Shown in pieces: positions 48,249 to 57,916 of a DNA stretch of 64,000 nucleotides (position 1 is its first letter; every line of letters starts with the position of its first letter). A program made the translations under genes and the position numbers. The notes under the pieces were generated by a model. The model saw nothing but the letters and a program-made list of their open reading frames with translations. It was not told the origin of the DNA and ran no database searches. The DNA is from Oceanispirochaeta sp. (GTDB taxonomy: Bacteria > Spirochaetota > Spirochaetia > DSM-2461). Location of the stretch: the NCBI GenBank assembly GCA_963663385.2, contig CAXXXD010000002.1, forward strand, positions 192,001-256,000, written 5' to 3'.

Positions 48249-49588
48249 AACTGTCTGTTATAGGGGGCGGAAGTGTCCGCACACCTTTATTAATAAAAAA
48301 TTTACTGGAAAGAAATAACCCGGATCTGGAGACAATTGCTCTTTTCGATACTGATCCCGAAAAGATGCAGCTGATAAAGCCCATTCTGGATGAAATTTCA
48401 GAACATCTGAAGGTTAAAAAAAATATTCAGATTTGCACCAGTTTTGAAGAAATGGCGGAAAACACCGATTTTGTTTTCTCAAGCTTCAGACAGGGAGGTG
48501 ATCAGGGGCGGATACTGGATGAATCCATTCCTGATGCTCTGGGAATGCTGGGGCAGGAAACTGTCGGCGCCGGCGGAGCCGCCATGGCATTAAGAACCCT
48601 TCCAGTTGCTCTCGATTATGCCGAGAAGCTTCACCGGATTGCTCCTGATGCATGGCTGATCAACTTTACCAATCCCTCCGGGATTCTGACAGAGGCCCTT
48701 CTGAATCATAGCTCTCATGATAAAATTGTTGGTATCTGCGATGCGCCGATCGTCATTAAAAATATGGCAGCTTCCTACCTGAACTGTCCTGTGGATGATA
48801 TTGATTTCAGGACTTTCGGTCTGAATCATCTGGGGTGGGTTTATGATGTAACCCTGAAAGGTAAGCCAATACTGGGACAACTGATTGAAGAGGCGGAGAA
48901 GTTTGTTGAAACAGAGCCTTTATACAGAAATCTTCTGGACCATATTAAAGAAACCCGCCTGATTCCCAATGAATATCTGCTGTTTTATCTGCATAGCGAA
49001 GATGTCCGGAAAAAGTATGCCGGAGAATCTTATAAACGCAGTCAGTATATAGCGGACATAAATCAGGAGTTCTACAGGAGCCTCAAAAAAGGCAATGTCA
49101 AGGCCCTTGATGCCTACCAGGAATATCTGGAAAAACGGGAAGGATCCTATATGGCTGTGGAAACAGGGAATGCCCGTGAAAAGCAGCGCGTGGATATTTT
49201 TGCCAGAAAGAATAAATTCGGCTATGATGATGTAGCCATTTCTGTAATGGATGCCCTGAGAGGCAAAGGTGACACGGTTCTACCTGTAAACAGGAAGAAT
49301 GACAGCTGTTCCTATCTGGAACGTTCGGATGTTCTCGAAGTGGATTCCCATCTGCATAAGGGCGGGTATTCAGAAGGGTTTGAAGTTCCCGAGCTTCCGG
49401 AAAGATGTGTGTCCCTGATTAAAAATGTAAAAGCTTATGAACGGAAACTGGTGGAGGGGTATATGAAAAAAGATCGGTCTCTCATCCTTGAAGCTTTCGG
49501 CTATAATCCGTTGATCAAGAGCGAAAAGGCGCAGGTTCTTCTGGATGAAATAATAGCCTCTCATAAACTGGAGGATTTTCCTAAATGA
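48245..49588 (+). CDS. GH4 NAD+-dependent (6-phospho-)glycosidase
   Basis: VIGGGSVRTP, GQETVGAGG, NFTNPSG, GICD, GLNHL. Confidence 0.92.
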   Translation: MKLSVIGGGSVRTPLLIKNLLERNNPDLETIALFDTDPEKMQLIKPILDEISEHLKVKKNIQICTSFEEMAENTDFVFSSFRQGGDQGRILDESIPDALGMLGQETVGAGGAAMALRTLPVALDYAEKLHRIAPDAWLINFTNPSGILTEALLNHSSHDKIVGICDAPIVIKNMAASYLNCPVDDIDFRTFGLNHLGWVYDVTLKGKPILGQLIEEAEKFVETEPLYRNLLDHIKETRLIPNEYLLFYLHSEDVRKKYAGESYKRSQYIADINQEFYRSLKKGNVKALDAYQEYLEKREGSYMAVETGNAREKQRVDIFARKNKFGYDDVAISVMDALRGKGDTVLPVNRKNDSCSYLERSDVLEVDSHLHKGGYSEGFEVPELPERCVSLIKNVKAYERKLVEGYMKKDRSLILEAFGYNPLIKSEKAQVLLDEIIASHKLEDFPK

Positions 49589-50481
49589 GCGGGAAGCACT
49601 ACCGCAGTTTATTCGATAATCCTGTAAGGGGCTGGCTTTATCTGTTCCCGGGGCTTGCTGTGTACCTGTTATTTTTTATATTTCCGGTACTCCGTTCGCT
49701 CCTGTCCAGTTTTTTCAAATACGAGACTATGTTCTCCCGTACCTTTTCGGGGACGGAAAATTATCTTAAAGTGATGAAGGATACCCTGTTCTGGGGATCT
49801 CTTTCTCATAATGGGATACTGATTCTTTTCCTGATGGTCCTTCCCGGTATAATCGGATTGATCCTTGCCACTCTTTTCGAAGTCGGCAAACCCCGGTATG
49901 GGAAGGTCTTTGAAGTGGCCTATTTTGCCCCGCAGATCCTGTCGCTGGTTGTCGTGGGTGTTATATGGAAATGGATTTACAACCCTGTATTCGGACTGTT
50001 GAATAATGGCTTGAAGTCACTGGGACTTGATTCTCTGGCCCAACCCTGGCTTGGAAAAGCATCAACAGCCCTTACGGCAATCGGTTTGACCGGAACATGG
50101 GTCAATTATGGTTTTGCCATGATAATTTTCCTTGCAGGGTATAAAAAAATATCGGTATCCCTTTTTGAATCCGCTTCTCTTGATGGTGCCGGGTTCTGGC
50201 AGAAGTTTTACCATATTTCCATACCTTCACTTAAAAGGGAGATTGCGGTTGTTTTCACCTATCTGTATATTCAGTCCCTGAAAACATTTGATCTGAGCTA
50301 TGTCATGACCAAAGGCGGACCCGGTAATTCCACTTCTGTTCTATCCTTATATGTTTTTAAAAATGCCTTTCAGTATAACCGCCTGGGATATGCAGCGACG
50401 CTGGCTATTTATCTTCTGATCTTTATAAGTGCCGGTTCATATATAATTGCCAAATTGACAGGGAGGGATGACAATGAGTAG
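49585..50481 (+). CDS. Carbohydrate ABC permease
   Basis: ESASLDGAG, TKGGPG, GYAATLA. Confidence 0.92.
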   Translation: MSGKHYRSLFDNPVRGWLYLFPGLAVYLLFFIFPVLRSLLSSFFKYETMFSRTFSGTENYLKVMKDTLFWGSLSHNGILILFLMVLPGIIGLILATLFEVGKPRYGKVFEVAYFAPQILSLVVVGVIWKWIYNPVFGLLNNGLKSLGLDSLAQPWLGKASTALTAIGLTGTWVNYGFAMIIFLAGYKKISVSLFESASLDGAGFWQKFYHISIPSLKREIAVVFTYLYIQSLKTFDLSYVMTKGGPGNSTSVLSLYVFKNAFQYNRLGYAATLAIYLLIFISAGSYIIAKLTGRDDNE

Positions 50482-51301
50482 GAAAATTGTGCGTAACTCT
50501 TTAATATACCTCCTTTTGATGAGTATATTATTCATTGCCTTAACACCTCTGTTTTTTACCTGGTTTACCGCTTTTAAATCCAAAACAGAGCTGATAAGCA
50601 ATGTTTTCGGTCTTCCCCGGGACTGGCAGTGGAATAATATCAGCCGGGCATGGATTCAGGGACATTTTGGGACATACTATCAGAATTCCGTTCTGGTCGT
50701 GATTCCTGTGCTCTTCCTTTCCCTGATTCTGTCCATTATGAATTCCTATGCATTTGTATACTTCAGGATCCCCGGGAAAAAGCAAATTTTCCAGCTTTTT
50801 ATTCTGGGACTGGCGGTTCCGATGGAAGTCGTTATGATCCAGCAGTACTTTCACATGCAGAACCTGGGGCTTCTGAATACGCGGGCAGGACTGATTATGG
50901 CCCAGGTTGCCATGTCCATCCCTTTCGGGACTTTCTTTATTACATCCAGTTTGAGAGGACTCCCATCAGCTGTTGTTGAGTCTGCCGAAGTGGACGGCGC
51001 CGATACATGGAAAATTCTCTGGCTGATAATTTCACCACTGCTTACTCCTGCTCTTGTGGCTGCGTCGATATTTTTCTTTATCTGGACCTGGAATGAGTTT
51101 CTGCTGGCTCTGGTTCTGATCAGCAAAGAGGAGCTGCGTACCCTTCCGCTGGGTATGGCCTACTTCCAGGGAAAGTATGTGGGAGACAGCCCACTGATGG
51201 CAATGGGAGCCACTCTGATGACTCTGCCGATAATTCTGTTTTATATAGGATTGCAGAAATATTTTATCTCGGGAATTGTCAGCGGTTCCGTTAAGGAATA
51301 A
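50474..51301 (+). CDS. Carbohydrate ABC permease
   Basis: ESAEVDGA, WNEFL, LQKYF..G...GSVK. Confidence 0.92.
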   Translation: MSRKIVRNSLIYLLLMSILFIALTPLFFTWFTAFKSKTELISNVFGLPRDWQWNNISRAWIQGHFGTYYQNSVLVVIPVLFLSLILSIMNSYAFVYFRIPGKKQIFQLFILGLAVPMEVVMIQQYFHMQNLGLLNTRAGLIMAQVAMSIPFGTFFITSSLRGLPSAVVESAEVDGADTWKILWLIISPLLTPALVAASIFFFIWTWNEFLLALVLISKEELRTLPLGMAYFQGKYVGDSPLMAMGATLMTLPIILFYIGLQKYFISGIVSGSVKE

Positions 51302-51603
51302 GTTTTCTAGGGAAAGAATTGCCTGTAATCATCGAGTATATGATTACAGGTCCCGGTAACCCGAGAACGCAGACAGCACTTCCTGCTGTTATAGGCCCAG
51401 TACCGCAGGGCCTGACGGTGTTTCTTTGGAGATCCCCGGATAAAATTAATATTTCCATGATTAAATTAATCACAGTGGGAAACAAGCCATAAAGAGTCTG
51501 TTAATATTATTAAAATCTTCATCCTTTTTGTAATTATTTGCCCCTCCCCAATACAGGAATTCTCCCTTTAATATGAATTATCAAATCTTAAAGGGAGTTT
51601 TAA

Positions 51604-52593
51604 ATGAAAAAGTTATTATCAGTCCTGTTACTGTTAACCGTGATTTTTACGGGTTGTCAGAAATCGGATTCTGCATCTGCGGATGTCTCGTCAGCGGAAG
51701 CGGAATCTACTGCAGATCAGCTCTATATTGAAGTGTCCGCATTGGGCAACCTCGATTATTTCTACGACCACAAAATGGGAATGGAAATGGCTGGTAAAGA
51801 ACTCGGCGTCCGTACGGAATATGTAGGACCCGCAGAATATGATATGAACGCCATGGTAGCGGCTTTTGAATCCGCGATCGCCAAAAAACCGAACGGGATA
51901 GTCGTTGTCGGTTTTGAACCGTCCCTGAATTCAATCGTTAATAAAGCAATTGCAGAAGGGATCCCTGTTGTCACAGTCGATGCTGATCTTCCGGATTCCG
52001 ACCGGCTTGCCTTTGTAGGTACCGGGAACTTCGGTGCGGGAAAGCAGGGGGGAGAAAAACTGGCGGAAATGATCGGCGAGAAAGGGAAAGTAGCCATTAT
52101 GCTGAAACCGGGTCAATCCAATCTTGAAGAGAGGGTTGCCGGATATAAAGCTGCTTTTGCCTCTTATCCCGGAATCGAACTTGTCCAGCTTGTTGATACC
52201 CAGAGTGATCCTGTTGTTGCTGCTCAGTCTGCTTCCGCCCTTCTTCAGAAATATCCCGATCTGGCGGGTATCGCCTGTGTCGAAGCGGCCGGAGGTTCCG
52301 GTGCGGCTACTGCCATTCGTGAAGCCGGTAAGGCGGGAGAGGTTAAAATCATCGCTATGGACAGGGGGAATGAGGTCCTTGAAGGTATTGAAGAGGGGGT
52401 TATTTCCGCTACGGTTGCCCAGCAGACAGCTTTAATGCCCTATTATGCCACACAGATTCTGTTCAATCTGAACAACAGCAAGGTCGCTATAACAACAGAT
52501 AACAGTTCCGCCGGTGTTCTCGGTATCCCCGCGGCAGTTGATACAGGGACCGTTATTGTAGATAAGTCCAACTATAAATATTTTATGAGATAA
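51604..52593 (+). CDS. Monosaccharide ABC (CUT2) substrate-binding lipoprotein
   Basis: FTGC lipobox; GIPVVTVDAD, VGTGN, ERVAGY, TVAQ. Confidence 0.9.
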   Translation: MKKLLSVLLLLTVIFTGCQKSDSASADVSSAEAESTADQLYIEVSALGNLDYFYDHKMGMEMAGKELGVRTEYVGPAEYDMNAMVAAFESAIAKKPNGIVVVGFEPSLNSIVNKAIAEGIPVVTVDADLPDSDRLAFVGTGNFGAGKQGGEKLAEMIGEKGKVAIMLKPGQSNLEERVAGYKAAFASYPGIELVQLVDTQSDPVVAAQSASALLQKYPDLAGIACVEAAGGSGAATAIREAGKAGEVKIIAMDRGNEVLEGIEEGVISATVAQQTALMPYYATQILFNLNNSKVAITTDNSSAGVLGIPAAVDTGTVIVDKSNYKYFMR

Positions 52594-52676
52594 ATAAAAC
52601 TGATCACTGCTGAAGCAGAGAATTGTGCAGTTCTTCCGCTGGATGCGGGAGAGCTGCTTAAAATATGGGAGAAATT

Positions 52677-54191
52677 ATGTCTGACTGGATTTTGGAAGCA
52701 CGGGGCATAGAGAAAAACTTTCCCGGTGTACGGGCTCTGGCCGGTGTGGACCTTCAGATCCGTGAAGGGGAGGTTCATGCCCTTGTGGGAGAAAACGGGG
52801 CGGGGAAATCCACTCTGATGCTGACATTAAGCGGAATATACAAGCCCGATGGCGGAGTGATCTATCTGGAGGGAGAGAAAGTCCATTTTTCCTCTCCCCA
52901 TGATGCCAATCATAAAGGAATCAGTATTGTTTTTCAGGAATTGAGCCTGATTCCCGGACTCAGTATTGCTGAAAATATCTTTGCCAACAGGCAGCCTGTC
53001 GGGCGTATGAATATGATCGACTGGGAGACTCTTTATCGTCAGACCACAGAGCTGCTGGCCCTGTTTGATCTGGAGGAACTGCATCCTTCGACCCTTGTCC
53101 GGGAGTTGTCGGTTGCAAACCAGCAGGTGATTGAGATTATAAAGGCCATTTCCTTTAATCCGAAGGTTCTGATTCTGGATGAACCAACTTCATCTCTCAC
53201 AGAACATGAAGTAAAACAGTTATTTGCCAATATCAGGAAACTCAAGAAACAGGGGCTTTCCTTTATTTATATTTCACACCATCTCAGCGAGATATTCGAA
53301 ATTTCCGACCGTGTCTCAATTCTGAGAGACGGCCAGTATGTCTGCAGTGCAGATGTAAAGGATATTGATGAGGACTTTCTGGTTACCAATATGGTCGGGC
53401 GGGCTATATCTAATATGTACGGTCAAAGAGAGGCCCACCAGATAATAGGAAATGATCTGCTTACTGTTGAGAACCTGTCTGTGAAGGGGAAATTTGAGAA
53501 TGTGGGGTTTCATGTAAAAGCGGGAGAGATCGTGGGAATGGCCGGGCTGGTCGGTGCGGGAAGAACCGAACTGGCCCGGGCTGTATTCGGCGCCGAACCG
53601 GCGGATTCCGGAAAAATATTCTTGGACGGACGGAAGCTGGATATCCGCAACCCCAAGGATGCCATTAATCATGGCATCGGGTATCTGAGTGAAGACAGGA
53701 AAACCCAGGGGCTTATTCTGGATTTTTCCATTACCGAGAACCTGGTGGGAAATCACCTGGACGATTTTACTTCGGTATACGGCTTTTTAGATGATGGAAA
53801 AATCAGAAACTTTGCAAAGGAATGCAAACGGGATTTCGGAATTGTAACGCCTTCTCTTAATCAGAAGGTCTCCAAGCTTTCCGGTGGGAATCAGCAGAAG
53901 GTTCTGGTAGGCGCATGGATGGGTATCAAACCAAAGCTGCTGATTGTGGATGAACCGACCAGAGGCGTGGATGTCGGCGCCAAGGCGGAAATCTATAATC
54001 TGCTCCGGAACCTTGCCGCCCAGGGAGTCGGGATTCTGATGATATCCTCCGACCTGCCGGAGATTCTTGGAATGAGCGATCGCATTCTGGTTATGCAGAA
54101 TGGATGTCTGGTGGGGACTGTTCCCGGAAATGAAGCGACAGAAGAAAACGTAATGACCCTCGCAGCAGGGACTGTGGAAGGAGAAGTATAA
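52677..54191 (+). CDS. Monosaccharide ABC ATP-binding protein (RbsA-like)
   Basis: GENGAGKST, DEPTSSL, LSGGNQQKV, DEPTRGVDVGAK. Confidence 0.95.
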   Translation: MSDWILEARGIEKNFPGVRALAGVDLQIREGEVHALVGENGAGKSTLMLTLSGIYKPDGGVIYLEGEKVHFSSPHDANHKGISIVFQELSLIPGLSIAENIFANRQPVGRMNMIDWETLYRQTTELLALFDLEELHPSTLVRELSVANQQVIEIIKAISFNPKVLILDEPTSSLTEHEVKQLFANIRKLKKQGLSFIYISHHLSEIFEISDRVSILRDGQYVCSADVKDIDEDFLVTNMVGRAISNMYGQREAHQIIGNDLLTVENLSVKGKFENVGFHVKAGEIVGMAGLVGAGRTELARAVFGAEPADSGKIFLDGRKLDIRNPKDAINHGIGYLSEDRKTQGLILDFSITENLVGNHLDDFTSVYGFLDDGKIRNFAKECKRDFGIVTPSLNQKVSKLSGGNQQKVLVGAWMGIKPKLLIVDEPTRGVDVGAKAEIYNLLRNLAAQGVGILMISSDLPEILGMSDRILVMQNGCLVGTVPGNEATEENVMTLAAGTVEGEV

Positions 54192-54192
54192 T

Positions 54193-55143
54193 ATGAACTG
54201 GTTGAAATCAGTGATTAAACAGAGGGAGTTTATGATCTTTATGATCGTAGCTCTCCTGTTTGTGGTGATGATTTTTGCATCCCCCTATTTTTTAAGTACC
54301 GCCAATATTCTGGCTGTACTTCTCGGGTTGTCCCTGGAGGCAATCATTGCCGTGGCAATGGCCCATCTTATGGTCTCCGGCGGGTTTGATATGTCTGTCG
54401 GATCAATTGTTGCCTTTACAGGAGCCGTTACGGCAATGATGCTGCGGGCGGGTGTTCCTATTCCCGTCGCCCTGATTTTTGGTCTGGCTCTGGGAGCTGC
54501 CATAGGTTTATTTAACGGATTCGTTATTGCAAAAATAGGAATCAATCCCTTTGTAACGACTCTCTCTTCCTTAAGCCTTTTCAGAGGACTGACTCTGATT
54601 GTTACCAGAGGACAGAATATCACAGGGCTCCCCAAGGCTTTTAAAGCCATTGGACAGGCGAAGTTCTTCGGAATACAGACGCCCATTATCATTGCAGCCC
54701 TGCTGATAATCCTGGGAGATATTTTTCTGAGAAAATCCAGATTTTTCCGTCAGAGTTATTATATCGGCGGAAATGAGCAGTCCGCCCGTCTTTCCGGGAT
54801 TCCTGTGGATAAAATGAAAATCCTCGCCTATGTTCTGACCGGTCTGTTTGCTGCTGTTTCCGGAATCGTTATGACTGCCAGGCTGGGTTCGGCTTCTGTC
54901 ACAGCCGGTACGGGAATGGAACTGCGTGTTATTACTGCTGTCATTATCGGCGGCGCCAGCCTGCAGGGGGGGGAAGGATCCGTTCTGGGTGCCTTCCTGG
55001 GAACATTCCTGATGGCCCTGATAACCAATGCCCTTACCCTTCTGGGTGTGGATGTTTACTGGCAGACTTTTGTAATCGGGGGGACCCTGCTGACAGCTGT
55101 TCTGATCGATACTCTTTCAAAAAAATATAAGGCCATGGCATAA
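54193..55143 (+). CDS. Monosaccharide ABC permease (RbsC-like)
   Basis: GGFDMSVG, PFVTTL, GGNEQSARLSGI, VIIGGASLQGGEG. Confidence 0.94.
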   Translation: MNWLKSVIKQREFMIFMIVALLFVVMIFASPYFLSTANILAVLLGLSLEAIIAVAMAHLMVSGGFDMSVGSIVAFTGAVTAMMLRAGVPIPVALIFGLALGAAIGLFNGFVIAKIGINPFVTTLSSLSLFRGLTLIVTRGQNITGLPKAFKAIGQAKFFGIQTPIIIAALLIILGDIFLRKSRFFRQSYYIGGNEQSARLSGIPVDKMKILAYVLTGLFAAVSGIVMTARLGSASVTAGTGMELRVITAVIIGGASLQGGEGSVLGAFLGTFLMALITNALTLLGVDVYWQTFVIGGTLLTAVLIDTLSKKYKAMA

Positions 55144-55150
55144 GGAGACG

Positions 55151-56410
55151 GTGATGACTGGTAAGGAAATACTGCAGAATGCTCTGAATCATAAGGACGG
55201 CCCTGTGCCGGTAGATTTTGGCGCTACCTCCGTAACGGGGATGCACTGTTCTGTTGTAGAAGGGTTGAGAGAATACTACGGACTGGAGAAACGTCCTGTT
55301 AAAATTCATGAACCCTATCAGATGCTCGGTTTTATTGAAGAAGATCTGCAGGAAGCTATCGGGATTAATGTATCAGGCGTATTTGCCAGGAAAAACATGT
55401 TCGGTTTTTCCAATGAGAACTGGAAGGAGTGGAGAACCCCCTGGAATCAGACGGTGCTGGTTCCGGGAGATTATAATGTTTCTGTGGAAGGGAAGGATGT
55501 GTATATCTACCCGGAAGGAGATACGTCAGTGCCTCCCAGCGGCAGAATGCCGGAAAGCGGCTATTTTTATGATGCTATCGTGAGACAGCCTGAAATTGAT
55601 GACGACAGTCTTAATCCGGAAGATAACCTTGAAGAATTCGGCCCCGTCAGTGAGGAGGATCTGGTTTATCTCAAGGCCGCCTGCGACGAGGCCGAGAAAA
55701 CCGGACAGGGTCTTGTCGCAACCTTCGGAGGCACCGCCTTCGGTGATATCGCTATGGTTCCGGCTCCGTTTCTGAAGTATCCCAGGGGTATCAGGGATGT
55801 TACGGAATGGTATATTTCCACAATGATAAGGGCCGATTATATTCATGCTGTTTTTGAAAAACAGAGTGAGATCGCCCTGTCCAATCTGGAAAAGATTTAT
55901 GCCGCTGTCGGGAATGTCCCCGATGCTGTTTTTATCTGCGGGACCGATTTCGGAACACAGAACTCCCAGTTCTGTTCGGTGGATACCTTTGAAGAGATGT
56001 ATGCCCCCTATTACAGAAAGATCACAGACTGGATTCATAACAATACAACGTGGAAGACCTTTAAACACTCCTGCGGCGCTGTGGAGCCTTTTATGTCTCC
56101 CTTTATTGACAGCGGGTTTGATATTATCAACCCTGTACAGTGTTCTGCCGATGGTATGGATCCCCGCCATTTAAAGGAGAGTTATGGAAAATCCTTGACT
56201 TTCTGGGGAGGCGGGGTCGATACTCAAAAGACTCTCCCCTTCGGGACTCCCGATGAGGTCAGAAAAGAGGTGCGTGAGCGGCTCGAAATATTCAGCAGAC
56301 AGGGCGGGTTTGTTTTTGACGCCATCCATAATGTACAAGCCTTGACTCCTGTGGAAAATATGGCGGCCATGATTGAAACAGTAAAAGAATTCAATGCTGA
56401 ACGCTCATGA
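55151..56410 (+). CDS. URO-D-superfamily protein (MtaA/CmuA-like corrinoid methyltransferase fold)
   Basis: GTDFG, FKHSCG, INPVQ, FWGGGVDTQKTLPFGTP, HNVQ..TPVEN. Confidence 0.8.
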   Translation: MMTGKEILQNALNHKDGPVPVDFGATSVTGMHCSVVEGLREYYGLEKRPVKIHEPYQMLGFIEEDLQEAIGINVSGVFARKNMFGFSNENWKEWRTPWNQTVLVPGDYNVSVEGKDVYIYPEGDTSVPPSGRMPESGYFYDAIVRQPEIDDDSLNPEDNLEEFGPVSEEDLVYLKAACDEAEKTGQGLVATFGGTAFGDIAMVPAPFLKYPRGIRDVTEWYISTMIRADYIHAVFEKQSEIALSNLEKIYAAVGNVPDAVFICGTDFGTQNSQFCSVDTFEEMYAPYYRKITDWIHNNTTWKTFKHSCGAVEPFMSPFIDSGFDIINPVQCSADGMDPRHLKESYGKSLTFWGGGVDTQKTLPFGTPDEVRKEVRERLEIFSRQGGFVFDAIHNVQALTPVENMAAMIETVKEFNAERS

Positions 56411-56416
56411 GGATGA

Positions 56417-57916
56417 ATGGATAAAGAATACAGTATTCTTGTTATAGATGACGAACCTCTGGCCCGTCTTTCTTTCAGAAAGCTGATCGAAACACGGTTT
56501 CCGGGGTTCAATGTCTGCGGAGAAGCAGGGACCGGACCGGAAGGTCTTGAGTTTTTTCGCAGACTGCAGCCCGATATCGTTATGATGGATATTCAGATCC
56601 CTGATCTGAACGGTCTGGAAACTTCCCGGCTTATTCTGGAACGTCATCCGGAAGCGCAGATCATTATTCTTTCCGCCTATGATCAGTTTGATTATGTGCA
56701 GGATGCTCTGAATACGGGAATCCTCGGGTACCTGCTTAAACCTGTCAATGAGAAAAAACTGAGACAGCTTCTGGATAAAGCGGTTCAGAGAGTTAAAGGA
56801 TTTGAAGATTCTATAAGGGATTCTATTCAGCTGCAGAATTTCAGGGAAATTGCTGCGGGAGATATGGTTACATCATTTATTTACGGCAGCTGCGGTGGTC
56901 TGGATGCTGACTTTTATGCCGGCCATCATGAGCCTCCTGTTAAATCCGGTTATTTCCTGCTGTTCAGGATTGATGATATTTCTACTGAAGAGGGGACTGC
57001 AAAAGAGATAAGCAACTATCTGAAACACCTTCCGGGTGCTTTGCCGGGCAGGTGGATCGGAAGTATACTCCCTGTATTTATTTACAGTAGCAATAGCATC
57101 TCTCCGGACACCGTTTTTACAGAGGGAATCTCTCGCCGTCTGAGTATTCTGACATCCCGTAATGTAAAAACCGGTATGGGGGGGATTCAAACTCATCCTT
57201 CAGATTTCCCGTTATCCTTCTCTCAGGCTTTGGATTCTCTGGAATCAGGAGCTTTGCATCTGAACTCTGCCGTCCTTGAATACCCGAGGGATCTGGAAAA
57301 GCGTTTTCTCAGGTCTGCAGAAGAGGAGCAATGGGAGAGAGCCAGGGATTCAATCAATCTGTTTTTTGAAATGTTGAGCATGCCTGCCTGCAGTCTGGGA
57401 AATACACAAATGATTCTGAATGAGTTTCTTATTCTTTTCCGCCGTTTCATGGATGATAAAGGAGACCGGAACAGCAGCCATTTGATTTCCAATCTGCAGC
57501 GGAATATCTATCTGCATCATGATCGTCTTTCCATGCTGGAATGGATAGCCTCGTCACTTCTTGATCTGCTGTCTGTTCTTGAAGACAGTGAATCCTCTGA
57601 TGATCTGCAGATAAGGAAAGTTCTGAAGTATATAGATCTTAATGATTTTCAGGAAATAAGTCTCGAAACAGCTGCCGTTTCGGTAGGGCTGACACCCCAG
57701 TATCTCAGCAGGATCTTCAAGGACCGGTATAAAATGAACTTTCTGGAATATCTTATAAGCAGAAGAATGGAACTGGCCTGCCGCCTTCTAAAGGAAACAG
57801 GTCTGAGTATTAAGGAAATTGCACTTAAATCCGGATACAACGATGTAAATTACTTTGGCAGGGTCTTTAAAAAGCAGATGGCTGTGTCACCCCGCGAATA
57901 CAGGCTGAAATATTAA
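56417..57916 (+). CDS. Response regulator, REC plus AraC (YesN-like)
   Basis: IDDE, DIQIPDLNG, YLLKP; C-terminal IKEIALKSGYNDVNYFGRVFKK. Confidence 0.92.
   Translation: MDKEYSILVIDDEPLARLSFRKLIETRFPGFNVCGEAGTGPEGLEFFRRLQPDIVMMDIQIPDLNGLETSRLILERHPEAQIIILSAYDQFDYVQDALNTGILGYLLKPVNEKKLRQLLDKAVQRVKGFEDSIRDSIQLQNFREIAAGDMVTSFIYGSCGGLDADFYAGHHEPPVKSGYFLLFRIDDISTEEGTAKEISNYLKHLPGALPGRWIGSILPVFIYSSNSISPDTVFTEGISRRLSILTSRNVKTGMGGIQTHPSDFPLSFSQALDSLESGALHLNSAVLEYPRDLEKRFLRSAEEEQWERARDSINLFFEMLSMPACSLGNTQMILNEFLILFRRFMDDKGDRNSSHLISNLQRNIYLHHDRLSMLEWIASSLLDLLSVLEDSESSDDLQIRKVLKYIDLNDFQEISLETAAVSVGLTPQYLSRIFKDRYKMNFLEYLISRRMELACRLLKETGLSIKEIALKSGYNDVNYFGRVFKKQMAVSPREYRLKY

Noticed and set aside
55151..56410. 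hemE
   Set aside because: Sugar-transport context, the H-x-C motif and length fit the methyltransferase-like branch better.
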